DNA of 64,000 bases from an uncultured Bacteroidales bacterium (GCA_944320415.1 CALUHJ010000016.1:13728-77727), one strand, 5' to 3'. Positions 1 to 10,220 are shown, counted from the stretch's first letter. Made by a program: numbers and translations. The notes: generated by a model not told the origin, from the sequence alone.

Positions 1-200
1 ATGGCAAGATGTTGTTGAGTTATCTGGCCACAATCGCAAAGGAAAAGGGATGTCCGCGTTTCGAATGGATTGTTCTGGACTGGAATACGCCTTCAATTGA
101 TTTCTACAAGGCTATGGGTGCAGTGCCTTTGGATACATGGACGGTGTTCAGGTTGAACAGGGAAGAAATATCAAAATTGGCATCGGAATATAAAGGATAG
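1..200 (+). CDS. GNAT-family N-acetyltransferase, C-terminal fragment (gene begins upstream of the window)
   Basis: The reading frame is open to the window edge. The C-terminal sequence PRFEWIVLDWNTPSIDFYKAMGA resembles diamine/spermidine-type GNAT enzymes. Confidence 0.6.
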   Translation, partial: GKMLLSYLATIAKEKGCPRFEWIVLDWNTPSIDFYKAMGAVPLDTWTVFRLNREEISKLASEYKG

Positions 201-322
201 GAAAAACGCACCTTAAAACACAGGTACACTGATTATTTGTTTCAATCAAATGGAATAAAGTTTCAAGAAATCAAAACGCCCTTTGAATACACACCGGACG
301 AAGAAAGATTGTAAAAGCAAAG

Positions 323-355
323 TCCCCTGCCGGGAGCAAAGTCCGAGGCAGGGGA
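323..355. terminator. GC-rich hairpin between convergent genes
   Basis: TCCCCTGCC (323-331) pairs with GGCAGGGGA (347-355) across a 15-nt loop. There is no clean T-run. Confidence 0.4.
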
Positions 356-374
356 TAAACTAAAATTTATATCA

Positions 375-872
375 TTATTCTTCTTTCATTGTATACCAAG
401 CGTCTTTAGGATTGTTGGCAAACATCGTAACATAGAATTTTTCGTTTTTGTCGTCAGTCTTGAAGCAGGTAGAATTACCTTGGTAAACATATGACCGCTG
501 ATTTATTTTCAGAATATTGTATGATGCTGCCAATCCCCCGTTATCGCAAGGAGTAAAATATATTTTGATATTTACCTTGTTCTTGCCCTCCATGCCATTC
601 TTATACACTCCTTCGACATTGCCGTTTTCAATATTGACAAACAAATCCAATCCTTCGTCCGAATAGATTTTATACTCACCATCTTCCGGCATTATACTAA
701 AAGTTCCGTTGTCGTCACTTACAGTTTTGTATTCTTTTTTCGGCATTACGCCAGATGTCTTTACGTTTTCAGAGGATGTCTCTGCATTTTTAGAAGACGC
801 ATAAGACTCAAGTATAAACAAAGACATAACAGACAATGCCGTCATTTGGCAAATAAACTTAAAACTCTTCAT
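375..872 (-). CDS. secreted hypothetical protein
   Basis: 165-aa ORF with an N-terminal hydrophobic signal peptide (MKSFKFICQMTALSVMSLFILESYA). No recognisable catalytic motif. Confidence 0.7.
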   Translation of the reverse strand: MKSFKFICQMTALSVMSLFILESYASSKNAETSSENVKTSGVMPKKEYKTVSDDNGTFSIMPEDGEYKIYSDEGLDLFVNIENGNVEGVYKNGMEGKNKVNIKIYFTPCDNGGLAASYNILKINQRSYVYQGNSTCFKTDDKNEKFYVTMFANNPKDAWYTMKEE

Positions 873-1382
873 AACACATCATTTTTAATTTGTACTTGAA
901 TAAATTACTTTGTTTTTTAGCTTAGGCAAAAAACACTACCGAAGCTTAGTGTTGCAAATATACAAATATTTTCCCATTTCTCAAAATAAAATACAATTAT
1001 ATTCTTGGATTTCTTTTATCTTCTGCTTTGATAATATATGAATCAGGATTTTATAGATTAAAATTTTTTGTTTGCTTTTCCGAAAAAGACAAGGTGTCAA
1101 AGCAATTCAGAAAATGCAAGCAAGAATCGGGAGGATTTGCGACAAATTGAAAGGCAAATGTTTCAAGCTGTGTTTCAGTAGTTTGTCAATATGTTATCAC
1201 ACAGTAAAAGAGTTTTTTCTTCTTTCTTTGTTTTGAAAAAATGAATCTTGATTTCAATTTCGTCAAACTTGATTCCATTTTTATGGAATCAAGAAAGAGT
1301 TTCAACGAAACGCCCTTTCATATTTTCTCTCCTGCATAAGCGGATAAGAACCTTTTTTTTGATTGCGTCCCTTTATTTTTCG

Positions 1383-1390
1383 TACCTTTG
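1383..1390 (+). promoter_or_regulatory. Bacteroidetes -7 box TAccTTTG (ribF)
   Basis: Matches the TAnnTTTG consensus, 34 nt upstream of TTG 1424. Confidence 0.5.
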
Positions 1391-1423
1391 CAACCGCTGT
1401 TTTTCTACTTTAAAAATAACGAT

Positions 1424-2353
1424 TTGGAAATAGTAACTTTAAACGGACAGTTGGAACTTGAGGACAGGCCGGTTGTAACAGTGGGCATGTTCGACGGAGT
1501 GCATATCGGACACAGGAAACTGTTGTCGGAATTGGTCAGAAGGGCAAAGGAGAACGCTTGCAAGTCGGTTGTGATGACCTTTGACCGTCATCCTCAGCAT
1601 GTGTTGGCAAATGGCAAAACGGATTTGAAGATATTGCAGAACAATGCCGAAAGGTTCGACAAGATAGCTTCGACCGGTGTGGATTATTTGTGTGTTCTGC
1701 ACTTTACCGACGGTTTTGCCAATCTTTTGCCTTCGGAATTTCTCGACCGTATGAAAAAGAGCCTTGATCCGCAGCTTGTTTTGCTCGGTTATGACAATCG
1801 TTTCGGCAGAAAAGACTCTTTGGAGTTTGATGAAATCCTTGCAGCGGGACATTACGGAGACATTCTTGTGCAAAGAACGGACACCTGCGTGTTCTGCAAC
1901 TCCATAGAGGTAAGCTCCACTCAGATACGCAAGGCTTTGGAAAGGGGAGACGTTAATCTGGCCAACAGAATGCTGGGTAGCAATTATGTTTTTAGCGGCA
2001 GGGTTGTGGAAGGCAACAGAATAGGAAGGCAATTGGATTTTCCGACGGCCAATCTGAAGGTGGAGGAGTTGAAACTCATACCGGCCAAAGGGGTTTATGC
2101 CGTCATGGCTTCGGTTGACGGTCGTACCATGAAGGGAATGCTCAGTATAGGTACAAGGCCTACACTTGGACTTGAGGATTTGAGCATAGAGGTAAATATC
2201 TTTGATTTTTCACAATGGATATATGACAAAACCGTATCGGTGGAGTTTGTTGAATATATCCGTTCCGAAAAAAAATTCGGCTCTTTGGAGGAGCTTAGAC
2301 AACAACTTTGCAGAGACAGAGATGAGGCAAAAAGGATATTGGCTTGCGTTTAG
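1424..2353 (+). CDS. ribF: bifunctional riboflavin kinase / FAD synthetase
   Basis: FAD synthetase motif GMFDGVHIGH and riboflavin kinase motif GRQLDFPTANL. There is no ATG upstream of the motif. TTG 1424 was chosen because a TAccTTTG -7 box at 1383-1390 overlaps the ORF-track start at 1388. Confidence 0.85.
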   Translation: MEIVTLNGQLELEDRPVVTVGMFDGVHIGHRKLLSELVRRAKENACKSVVMTFDRHPQHVLANGKTDLKILQNNAERFDKIASTGVDYLCVLHFTDGFANLLPSEFLDRMKKSLDPQLVLLGYDNRFGRKDSLEFDEILAAGHYGDILVQRTDTCVFCNSIEVSSTQIRKALERGDVNLANRMLGSNYVFSGRVVEGNRIGRQLDFPTANLKVEELKLIPAKGVYAVMASVDGRTMKGMLSIGTRPTLGLEDLSIEVNIFDFSQWIYDKTVSVEFVEYIRSEKKFGSLEELRQQLCRDRDEAKRILACV

Positions 2354-2837
2354 TTTGTTTTTGTTTGTTTGTCTTTCGTTTTCCAATGTATTGAATGCGC
2401 AGGAAAAGACATACAAATCACTGCGGGAGGCTTTGGCGGAGAAGGACAGTGTGGAAAGCCTTGACCTTTCGAGGCAGGGGCTGACCGTTGTGCCTATCGA
2501 AATACTGGAATTGAGGAATTTGAAACGTCTGCGTTTGTATCGCAACAAACTTGAGTCCATACCTGTTTGGCTCACTTCGCTCAAACATCTGCATTATCTG
2601 GATTTGTCCTCCAATTACATAGATTCTTTGGACGGAAGACTTTCTTCCCTGCCATTGGATACACTTGTTATGTGGGACAATCCTATTTATTCTTTTCCGG
2701 AATCTTTTTCGGAGATGGATTTGAAGTATTTGGATTTAAGGGCTATACAGATGAACAGGGACGAACAAAGTGCTATCAGGACTTTGTTTCCCAAGGCAAG
2801 GATTAGAATGGATCACCCCTGCAATTGTGGCAGGTAG
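2322..2837 (+). CDS. leucine-rich repeat protein, secreted
   Basis: Internal ATG 2322 gives the signal peptide MRQKGYWLAFSLFLFVCLSFSNVLNA. It is followed by LxxLxLxxNxL repeats (LRNLKRLRLYRNKLESIP, LKHLHYLDLSSNYIDSL). The gene overlaps the ribF 3' end by 32 nt. Confidence 0.8.
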   Translation: MRQKGYWLAFSLFLFVCLSFSNVLNAQEKTYKSLREALAEKDSVESLDLSRQGLTVVPIEILELRNLKRLRLYRNKLESIPVWLTSLKHLHYLDLSSNYIDSLDGRLSSLPLDTLVMWDNPIYSFPESFSEMDLKYLDLRAIQMNRDEQSAIRTLFPKARIRMDHPCNCGR

Positions 2838-2865
2838 GATTATTGACTTTAAAATGTAATAAACG

Positions 2866-3636
2866 ATGAAAATAGCTGTTTTTCAGGCAGACACAAAGGA
2901 TAAGAGAATAGGAGAAAACTTGAAGAGGTACAGGTCGTTTGTCGACAGGCTTGATGATGATACGGATTTGTTGATAATGCCGGAGACCTTTACCAAGGGT
3001 TTTACGATAGAGGAGTTTTTTGCCGAGGAGATGAACGGTGAAGGACTTGGGTTCATGAAACAGGTGGCAACCGAAAGGAATATGGCCGTTGAGGGCAGCC
3101 TTCTGATAAAGGAGGATGGCAGGTACAAGAACAGACATTTCTTTGTAACACCGGATAGTGTTTCCTATTATGACAAGAGACATTTGTTCTGTCTTTCGAG
3201 AGAACCTGAGGTGATAAGCCGTGGAGAGAATCCCGTGACGGTTCAGTACAAGGGCTGGAAGATCAAGTTGCAGACATGTTATGATTTGCGTTTTCCGTTA
3301 TGGTCTCGCAACAGATTGAGCGATAACGGGGAATATGATTATGATTTGTTGGTTTATGTTGCCAGTTGGACGGATGTGAGGATAAGTCACTGGGAGAAAC
3401 TCCTGCCTGCAAGAGCGATAGAGAATCAATCCTATCTTGTAGGGGTCAACAGGTGCGGTGTGGATGAAACGGGATTGAACTACAAGGGGGCGTCCGTAGT
3501 ATTGGACTACAACGGCAATGTATTGGTAGCGGCAAGGGACAATACCGAAGAGATAGTATATGCCGTTATAGACAAGGATAAACTGGACAGATACAGAAAG
3601 AAGTTTCCGGTTGCAAAGGATTGGGACAAGATATGA
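2866..3636 (+). CDS. carbon-nitrogen hydrolase family amidohydrolase (YafV-like omega-amidase)
   Basis: 256 aa with a nitrilase-superfamily pattern, including the catalytic-Cys region CYDLRFPLWSRN. Confidence 0.85.
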   Translation: MKIAVFQADTKDKRIGENLKRYRSFVDRLDDDTDLLIMPETFTKGFTIEEFFAEEMNGEGLGFMKQVATERNMAVEGSLLIKEDGRYKNRHFFVTPDSVSYYDKRHLFCLSREPEVISRGENPVTVQYKGWKIKLQTCYDLRFPLWSRNRLSDNGEYDYDLLVYVASWTDVRISHWEKLLPARAIENQSYLVGVNRCGVDETGLNYKGASVVLDYNGNVLVAARDNTEEIVYAVIDKDKLDRYRKKFPVAKDWDKI

Positions 3637-3661
3637 TGGAAAATAAGGAATGGATACATAC

Positions 3662-3699
3662 AAAAAAGGATTGCACTGAAGAATGCAATCCTTTTTTTT
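3662..3699. terminator. bidirectional rho-independent terminator
   Basis: A-run, GGATTGCA (3668-3675), loop, TGCAATCC (3684-3691), T-run 3692-3699. It lies between convergent genes. Confidence 0.7.
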
Positions 3700-3713
3700 G
3701 CCAATGAATGGCT

Positions 3714-4175
3714 TTATTGCTCTTCAACCACTTTGTGGAAATTGCCCAAAAGGTCGAATTCCAAAGTCTTTGTTTCTTTCTTCTTGCTTATCTGCGCGTA
3801 ATAGCTTTTCTGACGTCTTATTTCCACTATGTCAACCTGTGTAAGTTTGTATCCGTCATAGTTCTCTTTGATATAGTCTGTTATGTTGGAAGGCGTGTAT
3901 TCCAAAGGTACATTCCAATAAGTCTCTACCGAAGTATTTCTGAATTTTATTCTTATTTGATTGTTGTTTTCCGGTGTTGTGAAGTTGGCTATGTAGCAGT
4001 TTGAGTCAACCATTTGCCAGCTTACGTTTTCCACGTTTTGTCTTCTCGTTTGGAAATCATGGACAAACTTAGGAGGTACATCTTTTTCATCGACATTTTT
4101 ATATCCGTTTTTGTTCAATGAGCCGCAACCCAAAATAAAACCGCAACTTAAAACTAATAAAACCGTCTTTTTCAT
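3714..4175 (-). CDS. PepSY-like lipoprotein (tentative)
   Basis: 153 aa with a lipoprotein signal (LVLSCGFILGC). The sequence resembles PepSY-like beta-lactamase-inhibitor-like repeat proteins common in Bacteroidales. A TAtcTTTG box lies on the gene strand at 4199-4206. Confidence 0.65.
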   Translation of the reverse strand: MKKTVLLVLSCGFILGCGSLNKNGYKNVDEKDVPPKFVHDFQTRRQNVENVSWQMVDSNCYIANFTTPENNNQIRIKFRNTSVETYWNVPLEYTPSNITDYIKENYDGYKLTQVDIVEIRRQKSYYAQISKKKETKTLEFDLLGNFHKVVEEQ

Positions 4176-4232
4176 ATTTCATTTGTTTTTTGATGATGCA
4201 AAGATAGTCAATAGGATTTGAAATAACTAATT

Positions 4233-5018
4233 CTAATGGATTAAAGTTTGAAAAAACAGGTTAAGGTCAAGTATTTTGAACAGGTAAAGTGTTGTAAAGA
4301 TAATGACGATTATCACGAACCAGCGAACGAGTTTTGCTCCTTTTTTGAAGGCAAAGCGTGCTGCAAGAAAGGACCCCAGGAGTGTACCGGCCGAATGCAG
4401 CAGACCGTACTGCCAGTGAATGTTCTCTCCGCTCATGAAGATGATGATGGCTACTATTGTATATAAGGCCATTATGCATGTTTTAACGGCATTTGTCTTT
4501 ACTATGTTATATCCAAGTAACATTGAACCTGCGGCCATAATGAAAAAGCCTGTACCGACCTGAATGAATCCTCCATATACTCCTATTAGGAAAAAAATGA
4601 TATGATGCAAAATGCCTATTCCTTTTCCTGTTTTCTTTTCATCGTCCTTGTCAAATGAAGATGGTGAAGCGAATAAGAAAACGAGCATAATCAGAAGGCT
4701 GGCTCCCAGAAAGTAGGAAAATACCGGTGTGGGCAGTAGAAGCGAAAGTATTGCGCCTGCTGCCGCGCCTATAACGGTAGGTAGGGCAAGAAGAAATACT
4801 TTTGTGTTTTTCAGATACCCTTTTTGGGCGAACATTCCAGTTGAAAGAGAGGATTGAATCAATACTCCTATTCTGTTGGTGGCGTTGGCCGTGTTGGCAT
4901 CAAGTCCCAAAGCCAGATATAACGCGATGGAAATGGCCGTACCTCCCGCCGAGAGTGTATTGATGAAGCCTACCGCAATTCCAGAAACAACAAGCAGGAT
5001 TATAATTGTCATACTCAT
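4233..5018 (-). CDS. TauE/SafE family sulfite/anion exporter-like membrane protein
   Basis: 261 aa, about 8 predicted TM helices, with the Gly-rich pattern typical of TauE/SafE. Confidence 0.8.
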   Translation of the reverse strand: MSMTIIILLVVSGIAVGFINTLSAGGTAISIALYLALGLDANTANATNRIGVLIQSSLSTGMFAQKGYLKNTKVFLLALPTVIGAAAGAILSLLLPTPVFSYFLGASLLIMLVFLFASPSSFDKDDEKKTGKGIGILHHIIFFLIGVYGGFIQVGTGFFIMAAGSMLLGYNIVKTNAVKTCIMALYTIVAIIIFMSGENIHWQYGLLHSAGTLLGSFLAARFAFKKGAKLVRWFVIIVIIFTTLYLFKILDLNLFFQTLIH

Positions 5019-5135
5019 ACCGGATAAACAGGATTAGGTGATTGAAAACTTAATAATATAATATATGAAAAGGAGTATGTATTGACTTCCTTTTGTTCAA
5101 ACACACTCCTTTTACAGACAAAGATCCAAATTCAA

Positions 5136-5666
5136 CTATTTAATTGCAGCCTTAGGCTTTACCACTTTCATATGTTGTCTTTCCTCAGCTCCCTTTTTCT
5201 CCATCCTTTCCTTTTTTCTTTCCTTATTCAATCCCTTTACCACTTCATGTTCTTCGAACATCAACTTCGCCACCTTCTGAGCAGGCAAAACACTTCTGAA
5301 TTTTTCATAGTAGGTTCTTTTAACCTCAGCCAATTCCATGTAGGTTTTGATTTCCATATCTATCAGTTCATTCGCTGTGTTTTCGTCAACAGACAACAGA
5401 TCTTTTTTCTTGAATTCAGACTTTGCCTTGTGTTTTCTTTCCATTATTTCGAACTTGGCTTTGTCATATTCCTGATAGAGAGGCCAGAACTTCTCGAATT
5501 CTTCCTTGTTAAGCTTGAGATTCTCCGTGAAAGCCGCCTGTTTTTTCTTCATTATCTTTTCCTGCAAAGCCTTCTTGTCTATTTCTTTGTTTTTACATTC
5601 TTTTTGCGCGTAGACAGGCAAACCTAAAAGTACTGTCGTCAAGGCAATCACAATCATTTTTTTCAT
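5136..5666 (-). CDS. periplasmic Lys/Glu-rich helical protein (Spy/CpxP-like), third gene of the ECF module
   Basis: 176 aa with signal peptide MKKMIVIALTTVLLGLPVYAQ and a highly charged helical sequence. It abuts the stop of the putative anti-sigma gene. Confidence 0.7.
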   Translation of the reverse strand: MKKMIVIALTTVLLGLPVYAQKECKNKEIDKKALQEKIMKKKQAAFTENLKLNKEEFEKFWPLYQEYDKAKFEIMERKHKAKSEFKKKDLLSVDENTANELIDMEIKTYMELAEVKRTYYEKFRSVLPAQKVAKLMFEEHEVVKGLNKERKKERMEKKGAEERQHMKVVKPKAAIK

Positions 5667-5667
5667 A

Positions 5668-6090
5668 TTACATATCCGTATTTGTTAATAATAATTCTTC
5701 TTCATCCTCTTCCGTTATCTCAGCTATATAATCCAATTCTTCTTCGGAAAAGACAATTTCATCCGCTTCCTTTTTCATTTGTTCCGTATAGCTATGCCAA
5801 GCTATCTGTTCGGCTTTTCTGTTTGCCTTAGCCAAAGAGTCCGCTTTTTCCTGCTCGTCCAAACCGAACAGAAAGGCTAACGTAGGATTGGATTTGAGAT
5901 CAAGACTGCTGTCACCGAAAACTATCAGCCATCCCGCAATGGTCAGTATCCCTATTGCCAATACGCCCGAAACATATTTTAACCATCTTGGAGTAGAAAC
6001 GTGTTTTGTCTTGGCTTTCTGGTTCAGCCGCTTTTCCAGTTGCTCGAAGTAACCCTCGGGAACTTTAAACGGATTGTCCTTGCTTATCAT
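5668..6090 (-). CDS. putative anti-sigma factor (single-pass membrane protein)
   Basis: 140 aa with one central TM segment (VSGVLAIGILTIAGWLIVF). It lies directly downstream of the ECF sigma gene. Confidence 0.6.
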   Translation of the reverse strand: MISKDNPFKVPEGYFEQLEKRLNQKAKTKHVSTPRWLKYVSGVLAIGILTIAGWLIVFGDSSLDLKSNPTLAFLFGLDEQEKADSLAKANRKAEQIAWHSYTEQMKKEADEIVFSEEELDYIAEITEEDEEELLLTNTDM

Positions 6091-6166
6091 CTTCTTGTTT
6101 GTTTTCCGTTTATGACAAGTATTCCCGTGAAAAGTTTAATCGATAATATGAAAGAGAAAAAATGTT

Positions 6167-6751
6167 TTATATATTGCTTTCCTGCAAAACAAGTTTTTCT
6201 ATTTTTTCCGCCGCAATGTGATAAGAGGCTTTGAGTGCTCCTTCCGAAGTCTTCGTGATTTGGGCTATTTGGGCGAAGCTGAGATCCTGATAATACCTCA
6301 TTTGAAATACCGCTCTCTGTTTTACCGGCAAAGATAGGACCGCTTTTTCCAGGGTTAGTGTAGCCTTGTCGGCATCGAACAAACTGTCCGCTTCAAGCGA
6401 AGCCAATACGTTCTGTTCAAAACTGGAATTCTTTTTGCTGTTTCTGTATGTTTTTGATTTAAGGAAGTTAAGGGTGTGATTGTATGCTATGCTGAAAATC
6501 CATGTCGACAGTTTGGACTTTTTGTTGAATGTCTCTATGTTTTCAAATACTTTGATGAATACTTCCTGAACCAAATCGTCCGTGTCCTCGTGAGAATAAA
6601 CCATCCGTCTTATTTGCCAGTAAATCCTGCCAGAAAATTCCGATATGAGTAACGCGTAGCCTTTCTCTCTTGTTTTCTTGTTCTTTATCAGGGAAAGGAT
6701 ATGCCGTTCTTTTTCTTCTTGAGACAGATTGTTGAGGTTTACATTCTCCAT
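6167..6751 (-). CDS. ECF-type RNA polymerase sigma-70 factor
   Basis: Region 2 (DDLVQEVFIKVF, STWIFSIAYNHTLNFLK) and a region 4 HTH (LPVKQRAVFQMRYYQDLSFAQIAQITKTSEGALK) are present. The start is set to ATG 6751. The longer ORF to 6808 would overlap anmK. Confidence 0.9.
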   Translation of the reverse strand: MENVNLNNLSQEEKERHILSLIKNKKTREKGYALLISEFSGRIYWQIRRMVYSHEDTDDLVQEVFIKVFENIETFNKKSKLSTWIFSIAYNHTLNFLKSKTYRNSKKNSSFEQNVLASLEADSLFDADKATLTLEKAVLSLPVKQRAVFQMRYYQDLSFAQIAQITKTSEGALKASYHIAAEKIEKLVLQESNI

Positions 6752-6761
6752 TCGCTTTCCA

Positions 6762-7808
6762 TTATATCCATTGCACCACCAGTCCACAGCAGGAATCCTG
6801 TTTCGCACCCGTTACCGAACTGAGACAGTTGGCTTGATTCCTCATTCTCAATACACCGAGGAACGCAAATATTAACGCTTCTTTATAGTCAATTATTATT
6901 TTGTCCGGTATTTCTATTGAGCTCTTTTGTGACTTTCGCAGCATGTCTGTCAGAAAACGGTTGTAGCTTCCGCCTCCGGTTACGAGCGTTCTGCCTTTCA
7001 GGTGGACAAGTATCTGTTCGGCTATGTGATGAGTGTATGTGCATATTTTGTCTTCGGTGTTCAATCCGCTTTGTTCCAGAATAGGGAAAATGTTTGCCAC
7101 AACCCATTCCTTGCCTAGCGATTTTGCTTTTCTGCTCTTGTAGAATGGTAGCGAGTTCAACGCATTCAGAAGCGCCTTGTCCTTTTGTCCGCTTGCAGCT
7201 ATTTGTCCGTTTTTGTCATAAGCAAGTCCTTTTTCTTCGGCAAGATGATTCAATACCATGTTGCAGGCACATATGTCGTACGCTGTCCTGTTTCCGTTCT
7301 TCTCATAGCTTATGTTGGAAAATCCTCCGAGGTTAAGGCAACAGTCGTATTCCGAAAAAAGCAGTCTGTCGCCTATTGGAACCAGCGGTGCGCCCTGTCC
7401 TCCGAGTGCAACGTCCATCGAACGGAAGTCCCCAACACATGTGGTCTTCACTTCGGCACATATTGCCGAAATGTCGCCTATTTGGGTTGTGTAGTGCTTG
7501 TCCGGACGGTGAAAGATGGTCTGTCCGTGAGAGGAGACAAAATCCACGGTAAGGTTTTTCTTCTCTATGAACTTTCTGGTCATGCGTCCGAAATAGTGTC
7601 CCAACTCTACGGAAAATTCCGACAGTTCATCGGCCGAAGCGGTCTCCATAGAACGTATCTTGTCCCTCATCTTATCGTCATACCTGACGGTTTCCGCTTC
7701 CTTTATCTCGAAAGTCCACCTGTCGTTCTGTTTGTCGAACTCGCAGTAGGCTATGTCCAGTCCGTCGAGCGATGTTCCCGACATCAGTCCTATTACCCTA
7801 TAAAACAT
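6762..7808 (-). CDS. anmK: anhydro-N-acetylmuramic acid kinase
   Basis: 348 aa with the N-terminal GLMSGTSLDGLD motif and overall AnmK-like sequence. Confidence 0.9.
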   Translation of the reverse strand: MFYRVIGLMSGTSLDGLDIAYCEFDKQNDRWTFEIKEAETVRYDDKMRDKIRSMETASADELSEFSVELGHYFGRMTRKFIEKKNLTVDFVSSHGQTIFHRPDKHYTTQIGDISAICAEVKTTCVGDFRSMDVALGGQGAPLVPIGDRLLFSEYDCCLNLGGFSNISYEKNGNRTAYDICACNMVLNHLAEEKGLAYDKNGQIAASGQKDKALLNALNSLPFYKSRKAKSLGKEWVVANIFPILEQSGLNTEDKICTYTHHIAEQILVHLKGRTLVTGGGSYNRFLTDMLRKSQKSSIEIPDKIIIDYKEALIFAFLGVLRMRNQANCLSSVTGAKQDSCCGLVVQWI

Positions 7809-9147
7809 CTTCCATAACCTCCATTTTCGTTGAACGGGAACCCTTTATCAGAATCAGACTGTCACTTATCGGATTGTCGGCAAGATAGCTCCTTAGCTTT
7901 TCCGAATTTTCAAACCACAAGTCTCCGTCTTTTGCAAACGGCTTGTATTCTTCCCCGACCAGCATTATACGTTCGAAATTCATGCTTTTGGCAAGTTGGT
8001 AACATTTTTCATGTTCCTTTTCGGAGTCTTTGCCCAATTCCTTCATTGCTCCTAGAAGAACGGCTTTGTGTTTCGCTTCCATTTGTGCAAAAGACTCCAG
8101 AGCCGCTCTGCAGGAAGACGGATTGGCATTGTAACAGTCCATTATCAGAGTGTTGCTTCCTTTCTTCACTATCTGTGAGCGGTTGTTGGAAGGAACGTAA
8201 GCCTCTATCGCTTCTTTCATGACATCGGTCTCTATGCCCATGTATCTGCCTATGCTTACGGCCGCAAGTATGTTGTGGGCGTTGTATGAGCCTGTGAGCC
8301 TGGAACGTATGACGGTATTGTCCGTTTCTATTGACGCAAAGGGGGAGTCGTGAAGTATTCTGCCCGTAATGTCGGCCTTGCCGTAAAGGGAATAGGTGGT
8401 CATGGAGGAATATTTCTCGTCGGCCAGAGCCTTGTCGTCCGCATTGACGAATATGTGGGCTTTGCTGCCGTTCGATTGCTTTACCGACTCGAAAAGTGCC
8501 TTTTTGGTCTTTACAATGTTTTCATAGGAACCGAAACCCTCAATGTGAGCCGTGCCTATATTGGTGAGTATGGCCATGTCGGGTTGCGCTATCCTGCATA
8601 GAAATTCTATCTCTCCCGGATGGTTCGCACCCATTTCGACTATCGCCACTTCGGTTTGGGACGTTATCGAAAGAAGAGTCAGAGGTACGCCAATGTGATT
8701 GTTCAGGTTGCCCTTGGTCGCGACACAGGAGTATTTCTTTGACAATACCGTCTGTATCAGTTCCTTGGTCGTTGTCTTGCCGTTTGTTCCGCTTATTCCT
8801 ATTATTGTTGTCGAAAGGTGTTTTCTGTGGTATGCCGCAAGGGCTTGCAGGGTGGCCAAACTGTTTTCTGAAAACAAAATTCTGGAATTTGATTCCATTT
8901 TGCCGAATCTTGATTTCATTTTCACCGAATCAAATACTACCAGAGAGGCTCCCTTTTCCAATGCCGCAGGTACGAATTCGTTGCCGTCGAAGTTCTCTCC
9001 CTTCAAGGCGAAAAACACATCGCCGCTATTGATGTTTCTGCTGTCCGTGCTTATGTGCGGATGCCTGAGGAAGTGTTCGTACAACAGTTTTATTTGTCTG
9101 TCGTCTCCACTATTGTTTTCCATATCAAATCTGCTGTTTTGTCCCAA
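7798..9147 (-). CDS. murF: UDP-N-acetylmuramoyl-tripeptide--D-alanyl-D-alanine ligase
   Basis: Mur-ligase P-loop GISGTNGKTTTKE and a MurF-like N-terminus (DSRNINSGDVFFALKGENFDGNEF). The start may be ATG 9123. Confidence 0.9.
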   Translation of the reverse strand: MGQNSRFDMENNSGDDRQIKLLYEHFLRHPHISTDSRNINSGDVFFALKGENFDGNEFVPAALEKGASLVVFDSVKMKSRFGKMESNSRILFSENSLATLQALAAYHRKHLSTTIIGISGTNGKTTTKELIQTVLSKKYSCVATKGNLNNHIGVPLTLLSITSQTEVAIVEMGANHPGEIEFLCRIAQPDMAILTNIGTAHIEGFGSYENIVKTKKALFESVKQSNGSKAHIFVNADDKALADEKYSSMTTYSLYGKADITGRILHDSPFASIETDNTVIRSRLTGSYNAHNILAAVSIGRYMGIETDVMKEAIEAYVPSNNRSQIVKKGSNTLIMDCYNANPSSCRAALESFAQMEAKHKAVLLGAMKELGKDSEKEHEKCYQLAKSMNFERIMLVGEEYKPFAKDGDLWFENSEKLRSYLADNPISDSLILIKGSRSTKMEVMEDVL

Positions 9148-10220
9148 CTGAATGATTTTTCCTGTTCTTTTCCCTTTGCTATGAGTTTCCGTCTCGTTTC
9201 AGGTTCGTTGTACATTCTTGTCATTGCCCGGCATATTTCTTCAGGCTTGTAAGGGTTGACGTACATGGCTGCATCACCGTTCACTTCCGGCATGGAGGTG
9301 GTGTCGGAGCAGATGACGGCAGTACCGCTGCGGTATGCCTCCAGCGGAGGTACGCCGAAGCCTTCGAAAAACGAAACAAAGACAAGGGCTATGCTTGCCG
9401 AGGCTATGCGGTTTACTTCTTCGAGCGGCAGCCTGCCGGTAAATATGACGTCATCCTTGTGTCGCATTCTCTCATAGGCCGCCGCCATGTTGCCGCTCCA
9501 CCATTTCCTGTTCCCTATTATCACGAGTTTCACATTGTTTTCGTTTTCAGACTTGAACATGTCGAAAGCGGTGAAAAGATTCGCAAGGTTTTTCCTTTCG
9601 TGCAGAGCTCCCACAAAGTAGAAATAGGGACAGGATGCCGTGTATTGTTCTCTTGTCCTTATGTTTTCACTTTCGCTCATGGTTTTGTACAGTTCGTTGG
9701 CGGCGCTTTCAACCATGTATATCTTTTCAGACGGTATGCCGTATGTTTTTGATATGTCCTGTCTGCTGAAGTCTGAAACGGTGAGAATCCTTGCGGACTT
9801 TCGTGCGAATCGAGGGAAGAAATGCTTCATGTATTTCAGGCTTAACCGGTCTCCTATATACTCTGGTTTATGTTCGAAGTTTATGTCGTGTATTGTGGAT
9901 ATGCAAGGCGTTTTGCAGTGACAGGGTATATAGTTTTCGGGAGAGAAGAACACGTCGACCTTGTAGCGTTTGAGCCAGACGGGAAGAAGTATGTTGAAAT
10001 AGACATACCACAATATCGGATGTCGGGCAGGCAAGGGTATGACCACAGGGGTGACATTTGGCGCGAAAACGAATTTCGGGTTGTACGGTCTGTCGAAGAA
10101 GAATATGAATCGGTCGTCCGGATGTTCTTTTGTGAGCCTTTCAAGATTTTTTAGGGTGAAATAACCTATTCCTTCGAGTTTGTTGTCAATCAGAAGTCTC
10201 GTGTTTACGCCTATTTTCAA
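9090..10220 (-). CDS. glycosyltransferase family 4 (GT-B fold)
   Basis: EGFGVPPLEAYRSGTAVICS motif. The start is ambiguous. TTG 10220 gives MKIGVNTRLL and lies downstream of a gene-strand TAtcTTTG box (10254-10261). The longest ORF reaches 10370 but would overlap the divergent flippase gene. Confidence 0.8.
   Translation of the reverse strand: MKIGVNTRLLIDNKLEGIGYFTLKNLERLTKEHPDDRFIFFFDRPYNPKFVFAPNVTPVVIPLPARHPILWYVYFNILLPVWLKRYKVDVFFSPENYIPCHCKTPCISTIHDINFEHKPEYIGDRLSLKYMKHFFPRFARKSARILTVSDFSRQDISKTYGIPSEKIYMVESAANELYKTMSESENIRTREQYTASCPYFYFVGALHERKNLANLFTAFDMFKSENENNVKLVIIGNRKWWSGNMAAAYERMRHKDDVIFTGRLPLEEVNRIASASIALVFVSFFEGFGVPPLEAYRSGTAVICSDTTSMPEVNGDAAMYVNPYKPEEICRAMTRMYNEPETRRKLIAKGKEQEKSFSWDKTADLIWKTIVETTDK

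Noticed and set aside
873-1387. Long leader upstream of ribF examined for an FMN riboswitch or other RNA element. A hairpin CTTGATTCCA/TGGAATCAAG lies at 1268-1293. Two 13-14-nt matches to the murF coding region lie at 8885-8935.
   Set aside because: No FMN-riboswitch-like conserved core was seen. The hairpin lacks a T-run. The short matches to murF are of a length expected by chance in 64 kb.
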